A DNA stretch of 64,000 bases from Longimicrobiales bacterium. Lineage in GTDB: Bacteria; Gemmatimonadota; Gemmatimonadetes; Longimicrobiales; Gaopeijiaceae. Location of the stretch: NCBI GenBank assembly GCA_965238005.1, contig OZ250165.1, forward strand, positions 4,128,001 through 4,192,000. Reading direction: 5' to 3'. A program made the translations under genes and the position numbers. Under the pieces are notes generated by a model, which saw nothing but the letters and a program-made list of their open reading frames with translations, searched no databases and had not been told where the DNA came from. Shown piece by piece: positions 9,507-19,554 of the stretch (position 1 is its first letter; each line of letters starts with the position of its first letter).

Positions 9507-12347
9507 ATGGACGATTGGATTCGGATCCGGGGGGCGCGTCAGCATAACCTCAAGAACCTGGACATCGATCTTCCGCGGCGGGCTCTTACCGTCATCACGG
9601 GGCCCTCGGGGTCGGGCAAGTCCTCCCTGGCCCTCGACACCCTTTTCGCCGAAGGGCAAAGACGCTACGTGGAGTCCCTCTCGACGTACGCCAAGCAATT
9701 CCTGGACAGGATGGAGAAGCCCGACGTCGACTCCATCGAGGGCATCTCGCCCGCCGTGGCCATCGAGCAGAAGAACCCCACCAAGTCGAGCCGGTCCACG
9801 GTGGGGACGGCCACGGAGGTGTACGACTACTTGAGGCTCCTGTGGGCGCGGGTCGGCCGGACCTACTGCCCCGAGTGCGGCGAGCAGGTCCGTCCCGACA
9901 CGGTCACCAGCGCGGTGGACCGCGTCCTCGAGCTCCCCGAGGGCTCCAAGATCCAGGTGACCTTCCCCCTCAAGCTCAGCGGTCGGGTCAATCACGCCCT
10001 GGTGGTGGAGAACCTCCGGGCCATGGGCTTCATGCGACTTCTCGCTGACGGGCAGCTGGTGGACCTCAGCGTCCCTGATGCAGGGGATCCCGACGATCTG
10101 GGCATCGACGTCACCCAGGTAGCCGACCCGCTGGTGGTGGTGGACCGGCTCACCGCCGGGCAGGAGGAGCGCGATCGCCTTGCGGACTCCCTGGCAACGT
10201 GCTTCGCCGAGGGCGAGGGTGAGGCCGTAATGCTCATGCACGACCCGTCGGACGGGGGCGTGATGGGCCGCCTGGTGTTCACCGAGCACTTCCGTTGCGC
10301 CAATCATCCGGAGATCGAGTTCTTCGACCCGACGCCGAAGCTCTTCTCCTTCAACAACCCCTACGGATCCTGTCCAACCTGCACGGGCTTCGGCGCCACG
10401 CTCGACTACGACGTCGATCTCATCGTGCCCAACCTCCAGCGCTCCATCTACGAAGGGGCAGTGGATCCCTGGACCAAGCCACGGTATCACAAGGAGCGCG
10501 AGCAGCTCCGCTCGTATACGCTGTCGCGAGGGGTGTCCTCCTACAGCCCGTGGAAGGAGCTCCCCGAGGACTTCAGGGAGGAGGTGCTCTACGGGGCCGA
10601 GGACTTCAAGGGCGTGATCCCCTTTCTCATCTCCCGGGAGCGGAAGCGCTACAAGCAATACATCCGCGTGTTCCTCCGCCAGTACCAGAGCCCACAGACG
10701 TGCCGCTCGTGCCAGGGCGCCCGCATCCAGCCCAAGGCGCTCCACATCAAGATTGCCGGGCGCTCCATCGCCGACGTGAGCCGGCTCCCCATGGAGGACC
10801 TCCAGGCGTGGGTCCTCGGCCTGGAGCTCACCGCCACTGAAACCCAGATCGCCGAGACGATCCTCCGGGAGCTCAGGGCCCGGCTGGCGTTCCTGGTGGA
10901 CGTGGGCCTCGGATACGTTTCTCTGGATCGGCAGATGAGGACTCTGTCCGGGGGTGAGGCCCAGCGCATCAACCTCGCCAACTCACTGGGGTCGCGACTC
11001 GTTGACACCCTCTACGTGCTGGACGAGCCCACGGTGGGTCTGCACCCCAAGGACACCACGACGCTTCTCCTCCTCCTGGGCCAGCTGCGGGACGCCGGAA
11101 ACTCCGTTCTCGTGGTGGAGCACGATCCCATGGCCATCCGGGATGCGGACCACATCCTGGAGCTGGGGCCGGCGGCCGGGGAGAAGGGCGGCAACGTCGT
11201 CTTCGAGGGCACGCCCCAGGAGCTGGCCCGAGCCGAGACCGCCACGGGGCTCTACATCTCCGGCCGTGCCGAGATTCCGGTGCCGGAGTCGCGGCGTCCG
11301 GTGGACGGGGCGCGGCTCACGCTCCGTGGCGGGCGCCTGCACAATCTCCAGGGGGTCGATGTGGAGATTCCTCTGGAGGCCATGACCGTGGTCACCGGCG
11401 TCTCGGGCTCGGGCAAGTCCACCCTCGTGCACGACATCCTGTACCGGGCCCTCGAGCGGGAGCTCAAGGGGGGTGAGACGAGTGCCAAGGAGCATCTGGG
11501 CCAGTACGTCGGGGAGTTCGCGTCGTTGGAGGGTGTGAGCTCCTTGGACGACGTGGTGCTCGTGGACCAGTCACCCATCGGCCGCACGCCCCGCTCCAAT
11601 CCGGTGACCTACATCAAGGCGTGGGACGAGATCCGGAGGATCTTCGCCTCCCAGCCCCTTGCTCGTGACCGGCGCTACAACGCCGGCCACTTCTCGTTCA
11701 ATGTGGCGGGGGGCCGGTGTGAGGAGTGCAAGGGTGCGGGGCGATTGGAGATCGAGATGATCTTCATGGCCGACGTCTACGTGCTGTGCGACGTGTGCCA
11801 CGGGACCCGCTACAAGAGCGAGATGCTCGACGTCCGGTTCAAGGGACGGAACGTGGCCGAGGTTCTGGAGCTGACCGTGGATGAGGCCATCCGGTTCTTC
11901 ATCCACCAGGACAAGCTGGGCCAGATGCTCTGGCATCTGCAGCAGGTGGGCCTGGGGTACCTGCGGCTGGGGCAGCCGGCACCGACCCTGTCCGGCGGAG
12001 AGGCGCAGCGCCTCAAGATCGCACGGGAGCTCGCCGGCGTGGCCGGCCGAAAAGGGCGGAAGCTCTACATCCTGGACGAGCCCACGGTGGGGCTTTCCGG
12101 AGAAGACGTGCGAAAGCTCCTCGGGGTGTTGAACCGCCTGGTCGACGCCGGGAACGCGGTGGTGGTCATCGAGCACAACCTCGAGGTGGTGAAGACGGCG
12201 GACTGGGTCATCGACCTGGGACCGGGGGCCGGGATCCAGGGTGGGCAGATCGTGGCCATGGGGCGTCCCGAGGACCTGGCCTCCGTGCCGGAGAGCGCCA
12301 CGGGTCAGTACCTGGCGGAGGTGCTCCCGGGGGCGAAGGTCGGCTAG
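9507..12347 (+). CDS. uvrA: Excinuclease ABC subunit A
   Basis: IRGARQHNLKN, GPSGSGKSS, EGQRRYVESLS, two LSGGEAQR signatures, zinc fingers; start placed at ATG 9507 (MDDWIRIRG). Confidence 0.97.
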   Translation: MDDWIRIRGARQHNLKNLDIDLPRRALTVITGPSGSGKSSLALDTLFAEGQRRYVESLSTYAKQFLDRMEKPDVDSIEGISPAVAIEQKNPTKSSRSTVGTATEVYDYLRLLWARVGRTYCPECGEQVRPDTVTSAVDRVLELPEGSKIQVTFPLKLSGRVNHALVVENLRAMGFMRLLADGQLVDLSVPDAGDPDDLGIDVTQVADPLVVVDRLTAGQEERDRLADSLATCFAEGEGEAVMLMHDPSDGGVMGRLVFTEHFRCANHPEIEFFDPTPKLFSFNNPYGSCPTCTGFGATLDYDVDLIVPNLQRSIYEGAVDPWTKPRYHKEREQLRSYTLSRGVSSYSPWKELPEDFREEVLYGAEDFKGVIPFLISRERKRYKQYIRVFLRQYQSPQTCRSCQGARIQPKALHIKIAGRSIADVSRLPMEDLQAWVLGLELTATETQIAETILRELRARLAFLVDVGLGYVSLDRQMRTLSGGEAQRINLANSLGSRLVDTLYVLDEPTVGLHPKDTTTLLLLLGQLRDAGNSVLVVEHDPMAIRDADHILELGPAAGEKGGNVVFEGTPQELARAETATGLYISGRAEIPVPESRRPVDGARLTLRGGRLHNLQGVDVEIPLEAMTVVTGVSGSGKSTLVHDILYRALERELKGGETSAKEHLGQYVGEFASLEGVSSLDDVVLVDQSPIGRTPRSNPVTYIKAWDEIRRIFASQPLARDRRYNAGHFSFNVAGGRCEECKGAGRLEIEMIFMADVYVLCDVCHGTRYKSEMLDVRFKGRNVAEVLELTVDEAIRFFIHQDKLGQMLWHLQQVGLGYLRLGQPAPTLSGGEAQRLKIARELAGVAGRKGRKLYILDEPTVGLSGEDVRKLLGVLNRLVDAGNAVVVIEHNLEVVKTADWVIDLGPGAGIQGGQIVAMGRPEDLASVPESATGQYLAEVLPGAKVG

Positions 12348-12372
12348 TGTCCCGCTTCCAAAGTGTCTCGGC
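12345..12372. repeat. Solo end of the same MITE family
   Basis: TAGTGTCCCGCTTCCAAAGTGTCTCGGC matches 9332-9359 at 25 of 28 positions. Confidence 0.75.
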
Positions 12373-15300
12373 GTCTGCACTCCCGATCCTGGCCGCCCTT
12401 CTGCCCTGGGGTGACGGCCTGTCAGGTAGTCCGCTCTCCGGCGGGGTCCTCTACGCTCAGAAGTCCGGCGCCGGGACGTCACCCGCACCTGTCTCAGCCG
12501 TGCTCCCCGTGGAGACGTTTCGGCTCGACAACGGCCTCACCGTCGTCTTGAGCGAGGACCATTCGGCTCCGGTCACGGCGGTGAGCGTGTGGTATCACGT
12601 GGGCGGCGCCCACGAGTTCGAGGGCTACACGGGGCTCGCCCACCTCCTGGAGCACCTCCTCGGCAGCCGGGTGCGGGATCTGAGCGAGGCCGAGGTGGAG
12701 CGGCTCGTGGGGGACGCCGGGGGTGTGGCTTCGGCGTCCACCGACGTCGATCGGACCGCCTTCGAGATGGTGGTCCCTGCTGGGGCGCTGGAGCTGGCTC
12801 TCTGGATCCAGGCGGGACGCATGGCCGACCCTCCGCTGAGCGACTCGCTCGTGAGGACGGCGACGGCCGCCGCAGCCACGGAGGCCCGGGCCCAGATCGA
12901 CGCGCAGCCCTACGCCCGCTCGCAGATCGTGGTCGACACGCTGGTCTCCGCGTACGTGCCCTACCGCAACCCGTTGGTGGGCCGACCCAGTCTGGAGGAG
13001 GTGGATGCGTCCATGGTCCGGCGCTTCCACGGTCTCTACTATGTGCCGGCGAATGCGGTGCTGACCATCGCTGGAGACGCGTCCCGCACGCGGGTCGAGA
13101 CTTTGGTGCGGCGTTACTTCGGATCGCTGGACGACCGTCCCGCCTCCCCTCGGCTGCCGCCGTTTCCCATCGTGCCGGCTGGAGCCGCGGAGAGCCGGGC
13201 CACCGTAGCGGATCCGGTGGCGGCCGCACCCCTGCTCTGGATCGCCTATGCGGTGCCGGAGGCCGTCGACGAGGACCTGTACGCCCTATCCCTACTCTCC
13301 TCGGTCATCAGCGCCGGGCCCAGCAGCCGTCTCAACTCCGTTCTCGTGGCCCGGACCCGGGTCGCCCGCAGCGTCGTCGCGGTCCTCAACCGCCGGAGGG
13401 GGCCCGGCTCGCTCCTCCTGGGGGCGCTCCCCACGGAGGGTACGGAGCCGGAGCGTCTAGAGAGGGTTCTCCTCTCGGTGATCGACGTCATCCGTGAGGA
13501 CGGCGTCACGGAGGCGGAGCTGGAGAAGGCCAAGAACCAGCGTCGGGCGACGGAGGTGGCTGCACGCCTCACCCTGGCCGGGCGTGCCGCCGAGCTGCAG
13601 CGTCACCAGCTGTACGGGGGACGGGCGGTCCGGGCCAACAGCGAGATGGAGCGCTACGACGCCGTCACCCGGGAGGACGTGCTTCGGGTAGCACGCCGGT
13701 ACCTGATCCCGGAGAACCGGGCCGTCGTGCTGGTTCTGCCGGGAGGGTCGGGCCTGGTGGCCTCGGCGGGACTCCTGGTGCTCGCCTCGCCCACCGAGCT
13801 CGTTGCCGCCGAGGGGTCGGTCTCGGCCCAACAGGCACCGCCCGACGTCGCTCCTCCCGCGCCGCCGGCCTTCCCGGCCCTTGAGGAGCGCACGCTCTCG
13901 AACGGGGCAGGGGTCCTGATCGTGCGTGACTCCCTGCTGCCCTGGGTCGACGTGAGCCTCATGCTCCCGGGGGGCAGATCGGCGGATCCCCCCCGTGGCG
14001 CCGGCACTGCCGAGCTGGTCTCCTACCTGATCACCCGGGGCGCGGACCGTCACTCGTCCGCCGATCTGGCCGGGGCCGTGGACCGCATCGGGGCCACCCT
14101 GACCGCGGTCGTGGGCACCGACTGGACCACCGTGTCCTTAGGTTCCCTGACGCCACACCTGGATTCGGCCTTGACCCTAATGGCCGACGTGGTCCTGCGC
14201 CCGTCCTTCCCGCAGGCGGAGGTTCAGCGAATGCGTCGACAGGGCGTCATCGCCCTCGAGACCGGGTGGGCGGAGCCTCAAGCGATGGCAGTACGTATGT
14301 TTCGACACGCGGTATACGTATCCCATCCGTACGGAGTGTACGAGCGTCCCGAGGAGGTGCGCGACCTCACGGCGGCCGACTTGAGGGCGTACCACCGCCG
14401 GGTCTTCAGGCCGGAGGGGGCCGTGTTCCTGGTCTCGGGCGACATAGAGTCCGACGACGTCGTGAGTCGCCTCGAGGCCCACTTCTCCGGCTGGGCCGCC
14501 GGCACGGAGACCCCTACGGCCGAAACGCGGCCTCGAGGGCGTGACCCACTCGGGGCCCCCCCGGCCGAGGGGGACCGCAGGGGCGAGAGCGTCATCGTCC
14601 ACACTCCGGGCTCCACGCGAGCCGTCATCCGCATGGGGCATCAGCTTCCATCCGGCGATCACCCGGATTGGGCCGGACTGTCGCTGCTGGGTCAGTTCCT
14701 GGGCGGCGGCCCGGAGGCTCGCCTCGGGCCTCGCTTGCGAGCTCGCGGTTGGTCCGGAACGGCTGTCGCGGCGGTGAGCCGACGGCGGGGTCCGGGTCTT
14801 CTGGAAGTGGACCTCGACGTTCGAGTGGAGGTGGCCGACTCGGCCATCGCCGAGGTCATGGCGGCCCTCGAAGATTTGAGGAGCGAGGCCCCCGGGCTCG
14901 AGGAAACCGAGGCGTTCAAGAGCTTCATCGCGGCCTCCCTTCCGCTCCAGCTGGCCACTGCCCGGCAAGTGGTGGGGCAGGTCGGCCGCTTTCGGCTTCT
15001 GAGGGGCGGCTCCGACGCCGCGGGGGGGAGCTCTCTTGCCCTGGAGGACTACGCGGCGGCCGTTCGTGCTCTGACGCCGGACGAGCTGCTGAGGATCGCC
15101 GGAGAGCACCTGAGGCCCGAGGACGTCACGGTCGTGGTGGTGGGAGATGCTACGCTCCTGCGCCCCAGGCTCGCCACCCTCGGGCCCGTCCGCATGGTGG
15201 ACATGGACGGGGGCACCATCGACCTCGCTGACCTGATGCCTTCCGTCACTCCACTGACGACCGACGCCTCGTCCCTCGGGCCGGGCATGTGGACGTATCG

Positions 15301-15907
15301 CATCACGGTGGACGGCTCGGTCATCGGTGAGATGGTCCGAACGCTGACCCGCGACCCCGACGGCACGCCGGAGCGGTTCTCCCTCCGGTCGTCGACCACC
15401 GTGGGCCCACAGGTCCTGGTTCAGGAGGTGACGTTCGATGGACGGGAGTTCCGTCCCCTCAGCGGAAGCTTCGAGCTGACGCAGGGGCGGCAGCGGGCCG
15501 GTGCCCGCCTCGACATCGTGGACGGACGGGTTGTGGGAGAACGAACCCTTCCGGACGGCCGCACGGAGCCGTTCGAGGCGCCCCTGGCCCCCGGCTCCCT
15601 GGTGGGGGAGATGCTCGAGGTGGCGGTCTGGCTGGCCGACCTGGAGGAGGGCCTGGAGCTCGTTCTGCCGGTCGTACAGGTGGAGTCGGGCGCCGCCGCC
15701 CATGTGCGAGTGCGCGTGCTGGATCGGACCCGGCTGACGGTCCCTGCGGGCCGCTACGATGCGTATCGCATCGAGATCCAGGGAGCGCAGGCCACGCAGC
15801 TCGTTTACGCCCGGGTGAGGGCTCCTCACGTCATCGTCAAGCTGGAGACGTCCGGGCAGCCCTTCATCATGGAGCTCGAGTCGGAAGTGGTGGGCAGGGG
15901 TGGCTGA
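12347..15907 (+). CDS. M16 (insulinase) family zinc peptidase, two subunits fused, with extra C-terminal beta-rich domain
   Basis: FRLDNGL, WYHVG, GLAHLLEH (HxxEH), YYVPANAVL; second inactive M16 module from TLSNG; C-terminal LTVPAGRYDAY. Confidence 0.85.
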   Translation: MSRFQSVSASALPILAALLPWGDGLSGSPLSGGVLYAQKSGAGTSPAPVSAVLPVETFRLDNGLTVVLSEDHSAPVTAVSVWYHVGGAHEFEGYTGLAHLLEHLLGSRVRDLSEAEVERLVGDAGGVASASTDVDRTAFEMVVPAGALELALWIQAGRMADPPLSDSLVRTATAAAATEARAQIDAQPYARSQIVVDTLVSAYVPYRNPLVGRPSLEEVDASMVRRFHGLYYVPANAVLTIAGDASRTRVETLVRRYFGSLDDRPASPRLPPFPIVPAGAAESRATVADPVAAAPLLWIAYAVPEAVDEDLYALSLLSSVISAGPSSRLNSVLVARTRVARSVVAVLNRRRGPGSLLLGALPTEGTEPERLERVLLSVIDVIREDGVTEAELEKAKNQRRATEVAARLTLAGRAAELQRHQLYGGRAVRANSEMERYDAVTREDVLRVARRYLIPENRAVVLVLPGGSGLVASAGLLVLASPTELVAAEGSVSAQQAPPDVAPPAPPAFPALEERTLSNGAGVLIVRDSLLPWVDVSLMLPGGRSADPPRGAGTAELVSYLITRGADRHSSADLAGAVDRIGATLTAVVGTDWTTVSLGSLTPHLDSALTLMADVVLRPSFPQAEVQRMRRQGVIALETGWAEPQAMAVRMFRHAVYVSHPYGVYERPEEVRDLTAADLRAYHRRVFRPEGAVFLVSGDIESDDVVSRLEAHFSGWAAGTETPTAETRPRGRDPLGAPPAEGDRRGESVIVHTPGSTRAVIRMGHQLPSGDHPDWAGLSLLGQFLGGGPEARLGPRLRARGWSGTAVAAVSRRRGPGLLEVDLDVRVEVADSAIAEVMAALEDLRSEAPGLEETEAFKSFIAASLPLQLATARQVVGQVGRFRLLRGGSDAAGGSSLALEDYAAAVRALTPDELLRIAGEHLRPEDVTVVVVGDATLLRPRLATLGPVRMVDMDGGTIDLADLMPSVTPLTTDASSLGPGMWTYRITVDGSVIGEMVRTLTRDPDGTPERFSLRSSTTVGPQVLVQEVTFDGREFRPLSGSFELTQGRQRAGARLDIVDGRVVGERTLPDGRTEPFEAPLAPGSLVGEMLEVAVWLADLEEGLELVLPVVQVESGAAAHVRVRVLDRTRLTVPAGRYDAYRIEIQGAQATQLVYARVRAPHVIVKLETSGQPFIMELESEVVGRGG

Positions 15908-16910
15908 TCCCGACGTCTCGGTCCTGCTCCCGGTGCGCGACGGAGCAGCCTATCTACCCGAGTGCATCGACTCCCTGCGATCGCAGACTCTCGAGGACTT
16001 CGAGGTCCTGGCCGTGGACGACGGCTCCACGGATGAAAGCGCCGAGGTCCTCTCGCAGTGGGCACGGGAGGATCCTCGCGTCGCCGTGATCCGCCAGCCT
16101 CGCCTGGGGATCGTTGCGGCCCTGGAGGCCGGGCGGAGCCGGGTGAGGGGCCGGTTCCTGGCCCGCATGGACGACGACGACGTCGCCGAGGCCACCCGCC
16201 TCGAGGAGCAGCGGTCCCTCTTGGAGAGCAACCCGGACCTGACGGGCTGTGGGGCGAGGGTCCGCTACTTCCCCAGAACTGCGGTGCGGGACGGAGGCAC
16301 GCGCTACGAGGCGTGGCTCGACGACATCCGCACCTCCGACGACGTGGAGCGCAACCTGTTCGTCGAGTGTCCCCTGGCCCACCCCACCTTCTTCCTCAGA
16401 TCCTCGGCCGTGTCGGAAGTGGGGGGGTACGTCGACCGCGGGTGGCCCGAGGACTACGACCTCTTGCTGAGACTGTGGGAGTCGGGCGCACGCTTAGGGG
16501 TTGTGGGCCGGGTTCTGCTCCACTGGCGAGAGCGGGAGGACCGGGCCTCGCGCCAGCATGAAGCGTATGCCCCGGAGGCCTTCCGGCGGTGCAAGGTGCA
16601 CTACCTGCTGCGCACGCTGGCCCGGGATCGAGAGGGGCTGGTGGTCTGGGGAGCCGGTCCCGTGGGGAAGGCGTTCGCGCAGGAGGTCCAGAGACAGGGC
16701 GGCAGAATACGGGCCTTCGTCGATCTCGATGACCGCAAGATCGGGCAGAGCATCCACGAGGCAACAGTCATCCCCCCATCGCGGATCAATGAACACAGGG
16801 ATGGCTACTGTGTGGCCGCCGTGGGGCAGGTTGGAGCCAGGGACGAGATTCGGGAGGCGCTGAAGCGGGCGGGTTGGCGGGAGGTCGCGGATTTCATCGC
16901 CGTGGCTTGA
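15900..16910 (+). CDS. Glycosyltransferase family 2
   Basis: VSVLLPVRD, VDDGSTD, ARMDDDD, WPEDYDL; C-terminal WGAGPVGK Rossmann-like segment. Confidence 0.9.
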   Translation: MADPDVSVLLPVRDGAAYLPECIDSLRSQTLEDFEVLAVDDGSTDESAEVLSQWAREDPRVAVIRQPRLGIVAALEAGRSRVRGRFLARMDDDDVAEATRLEEQRSLLESNPDLTGCGARVRYFPRTAVRDGGTRYEAWLDDIRTSDDVERNLFVECPLAHPTFFLRSSAVSEVGGYVDRGWPEDYDLLLRLWESGARLGVVGRVLLHWREREDRASRQHEAYAPEAFRRCKVHYLLRTLARDREGLVVWGAGPVGKAFAQEVQRQGGRIRAFVDLDDRKIGQSIHEATVIPPSRINEHRDGYCVAAVGQVGARDEIREALKRAGWREVADFIAVA

Positions 16911-17035
16911 GCGCGGCCACCGGTGCACTAAACGAAAGGATCCGATTCGACGTCTCAGGGGTTAGTAGTTCGAGTCGAACCGTGCCTCGTGGAGATCGGT
17001 ACCACCGATTCGGTAACACCGATAATGTGAGAACC

Positions 17036-19009
17036 ATGGGTGATCAGCCCTCAAAGCTCGAGTGCTTCCTGGCGGAGCTGGGACGCCGGCATGTGGTCAA
17101 GGTAGCCGTCGGTTACGCGGCCGTGGCCTTCGTCGTCCTCCAGCTCGGCGAGATCATCCTCCCGGCCTTCTCTGCGGAGTGGGCCCTCCAATACCTCGTG
17201 GTCTTTGCGGTGCTGGGCTTCCCGGTGGTCATGGTCCTGGCGTGGGTGTTCGACATCACGCCGGAGGGCATCCGTAAGACCGACGCTGGCGACGCCCCCC
17301 GGAACTACGTCCCCGGCATGCCTACCGCCGGAACCTTGCCCCGTCTGGCTCTCCTGACGATCACACTGCTTGCGGTGGGGGGTTTGGGTTGGTGGTGGGT
17401 CGAGAGCGCTGTCGAGCCACCCGCTGCCGTGACTACGGTGGACGGCGGACCAACGGTTGTTCCCGTGGCGTACGACCCCGACGATCCCATCCGCTCGCTG
17501 GCGGTGCTCCCTCTGGACGATTTCTCCGACACCGGCGAGCAAGACTACTTCGCCGCCGGGATGCACGAGGCGCTCATTGCTCGGTTGAGCCAGCTGCCGG
17601 CGATCAGGGTCGTGTCGAGGACGTCGGTGGCACGCTACACAACCGCCGCAGCAAGGACGATACCGGAGATCGCCCAGGAGCTGGGTGTGGAGGGCATCGT
17701 AGAGGGCTCCGTGACGCGCGCCGGCGACGAGATTCGGATCACGGTGCAGCTGATCCACGGTCCCAGCGACACCCACGTCTGGACCCAGAGCTACACCCGT
17801 GATTTCTCGGACGTCCTCACTCTCCAGGGCGAGGTGGCCGAGGCCATCGCCTGGGAGATCCAGGGGAAGCTGACGCCCGAGGAGAGAGCGACACTGTCCT
17901 CGGCCGCTCCCGTCAGTGAGGTTCCGGAGGCCAACGACGAGTTCATGAGGGCCCGCTACGCCCAGTCGAGACAGACTTTGGAGGGGCTCCAGGCCGCCAT
18001 GGGCCACTACAGCGAGGCCCTGGAGGCCGACCCGACCTTCGCACCGGCGTATGCCGGCCTGGCCGGGACGGAGCTCATGATGGAGATGGCTGACCCCACC
18101 GACCCCGCCGCCTCGCTGGCGTGGGCAAGGCTCATGGCTTTGAAGGCGCTGGAAGTGGATCCCGACTTGCCGGAGGCCCACGATATCCTGACGCTCATTG
18201 ACGAGCACCTCAGCGAGGAGATGGGAGATCCCGCCATCCGGCCGACTCCGCCAAGACCGGGGAGCGAGGTCCGCATCGTGCGTCGGCGAGGAGAGGCGGC
18301 CGTGGGGAGTGGAGACTTCCTCTCTGTCATCAAGCTCGACTCGGTGGCGGCCGCAAACGTGGGCGAGTTCAGGATGGACTCCACTCGCATCTTCGAGAGC
18401 ACGACCGAGGTAGGCCAGCAGCTCCAGGCGGCGTGGGCCGGGTGGGCCGTCAGGAGAGGGGGGCCGATGGCGAACCAGCCGACCCGCATGATCCATGCGG
18501 CACAGCAGTTGAAGGCCGCAGGACGGACGGAAGAGGCCATCGCACTCCTGCAGGAGGTCTGCGAGCTGGATCCCGCGCACCAGGAGACCTGGGAGGCGCT
18601 GGAGCTCATCTATGCGTCCCGGGGCGATTACGAGGATCTCCTGGACATGCGACAGGTCTGGGTGGAGCACGCCAGAGGAGACGCGGAGTCGGTGGCCCGG
18701 CTCGAAGAGCGGATGCTTGAGGACGGACCCGAGGGGTACTGGGAGTGGCGCCTCGAGGAGCTCCAGGGGCGCACGGCCGAGGGGCAGCCGGTCTCGCCGG
18801 TCTACATGGCGGCGGCCTACGCGGGCACGGGGGCCGATGACGAGGCCCTGGATCTTCTGGAGGACGCCTTTCGCAGGCGGGACCGTCGTCTGACGTCTCT
18901 CCGCACCGATGCGGTGTGGGATCCCCTGCGCTCCGATCCGCGCTTCGCCACGCTCGTGAATCGCATGCGCGGGCCGGTCTTCCGCCGGACCCGGCGCCCC
19001 GGCCTCTAG
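17036..19009 (+). CDS. Membrane protein with TolB-N-like and TPR domains (adenylate-cyclase-associated family)
   Basis: FLAELGRRHVVKVAVGY, LAWVFDITPEG, SLAVLPL, VSRTSV, EGSV, TPR helices, DPLRSDPRF. Confidence 0.75.
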   Translation: MGDQPSKLECFLAELGRRHVVKVAVGYAAVAFVVLQLGEIILPAFSAEWALQYLVVFAVLGFPVVMVLAWVFDITPEGIRKTDAGDAPRNYVPGMPTAGTLPRLALLTITLLAVGGLGWWWVESAVEPPAAVTTVDGGPTVVPVAYDPDDPIRSLAVLPLDDFSDTGEQDYFAAGMHEALIARLSQLPAIRVVSRTSVARYTTAAARTIPEIAQELGVEGIVEGSVTRAGDEIRITVQLIHGPSDTHVWTQSYTRDFSDVLTLQGEVAEAIAWEIQGKLTPEERATLSSAAPVSEVPEANDEFMRARYAQSRQTLEGLQAAMGHYSEALEADPTFAPAYAGLAGTELMMEMADPTDPAASLAWARLMALKALEVDPDLPEAHDILTLIDEHLSEEMGDPAIRPTPPRPGSEVRIVRRRGEAAVGSGDFLSVIKLDSVAAANVGEFRMDSTRIFESTTEVGQQLQAAWAGWAVRRGGPMANQPTRMIHAAQQLKAAGRTEEAIALLQEVCELDPAHQETWEALELIYASRGDYEDLLDMRQVWVEHARGDAESVARLEERMLEDGPEGYWEWRLEELQGRTAEGQPVSPVYMAAAYAGTGADDEALDLLEDAFRRRDRRLTSLRTDAVWDPLRSDPRFATLVNRMRGPVFRRTRRPGL

Positions 19010-19121
19010 GAATCTCTCCAGCGCCCCTCCGCAGGTCGGTTTCTCGAGTTGTTGAAGAGCCTCTTTTTCGTTAGTTTTCAACGACTTAGCCCACATTAAC
19101 CAGTCCCTTCGCAGAGCCTCT

Positions 19122-19508
19122 TTGAGACGCATCCTCGAAGTCATTTCTGCAGGCCTTTTCTTGGCCGGTCTAGAGCTGGCCGTCGGAACTCCCAGCCTCA
19201 CCATCACCCGCCTGAGGGAGAGCTTCACCAACCCGCTGGAATCGGATGGAGCGGATGCTGTGCCGTGGAGGTTCGCGGCTGGGATTGGGCTGATGGTATT
19301 GGCGGTAGTGCTGGCTGGCGTGACGGTCCTCGCTCGCTACCACCAGGGGAGAATACAGGAACACGACGGGTGCCCGAAGTGTGGTGCCCGAACCAGGAGA
19401 GTGCGGCGCGAGATACTACACCGGATCCTCGGCCGGCTGGCGGGCGAATCGCTCTCGGCCAGGCATTGCGGGGACTGTGGCTGGAGAGGTCTCAGCTATT
19501 TGCACTGA
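19122..19508 (+). CDS. Small membrane protein with C-terminal zinc ribbon
   Basis: Two hydrophobic segments; CPKC ... CGDCGW; TTG start uncertain. Confidence 0.55.
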   Translation: MRRILEVISAGLFLAGLELAVGTPSLTITRLRESFTNPLESDGADAVPWRFAAGIGLMVLAVVLAGVTVLARYHQGRIQEHDGCPKCGARTRRVRREILHRILGRLAGESLSARHCGDCGWRGLSYLH

Positions 19509-19554
19509 CGACGTGACCAGGACGCGTCGACCCTATTTTACGAAGGCGAACTGA

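Noticed and set aside
19045..19090. dif site or IHF site in the AT-rich inverted repeat
   Set aside because: Spacing does not fit dif and the IHF match is imperfect; may just be a terminator
2181..19231. Long antisense ORFs (2181-4034, 5475-7421, 14177-15829, 17051-19231 and similar)
   Set aside because: Opposite-strand shadows of real genes in GC-rich DNA; no motifs
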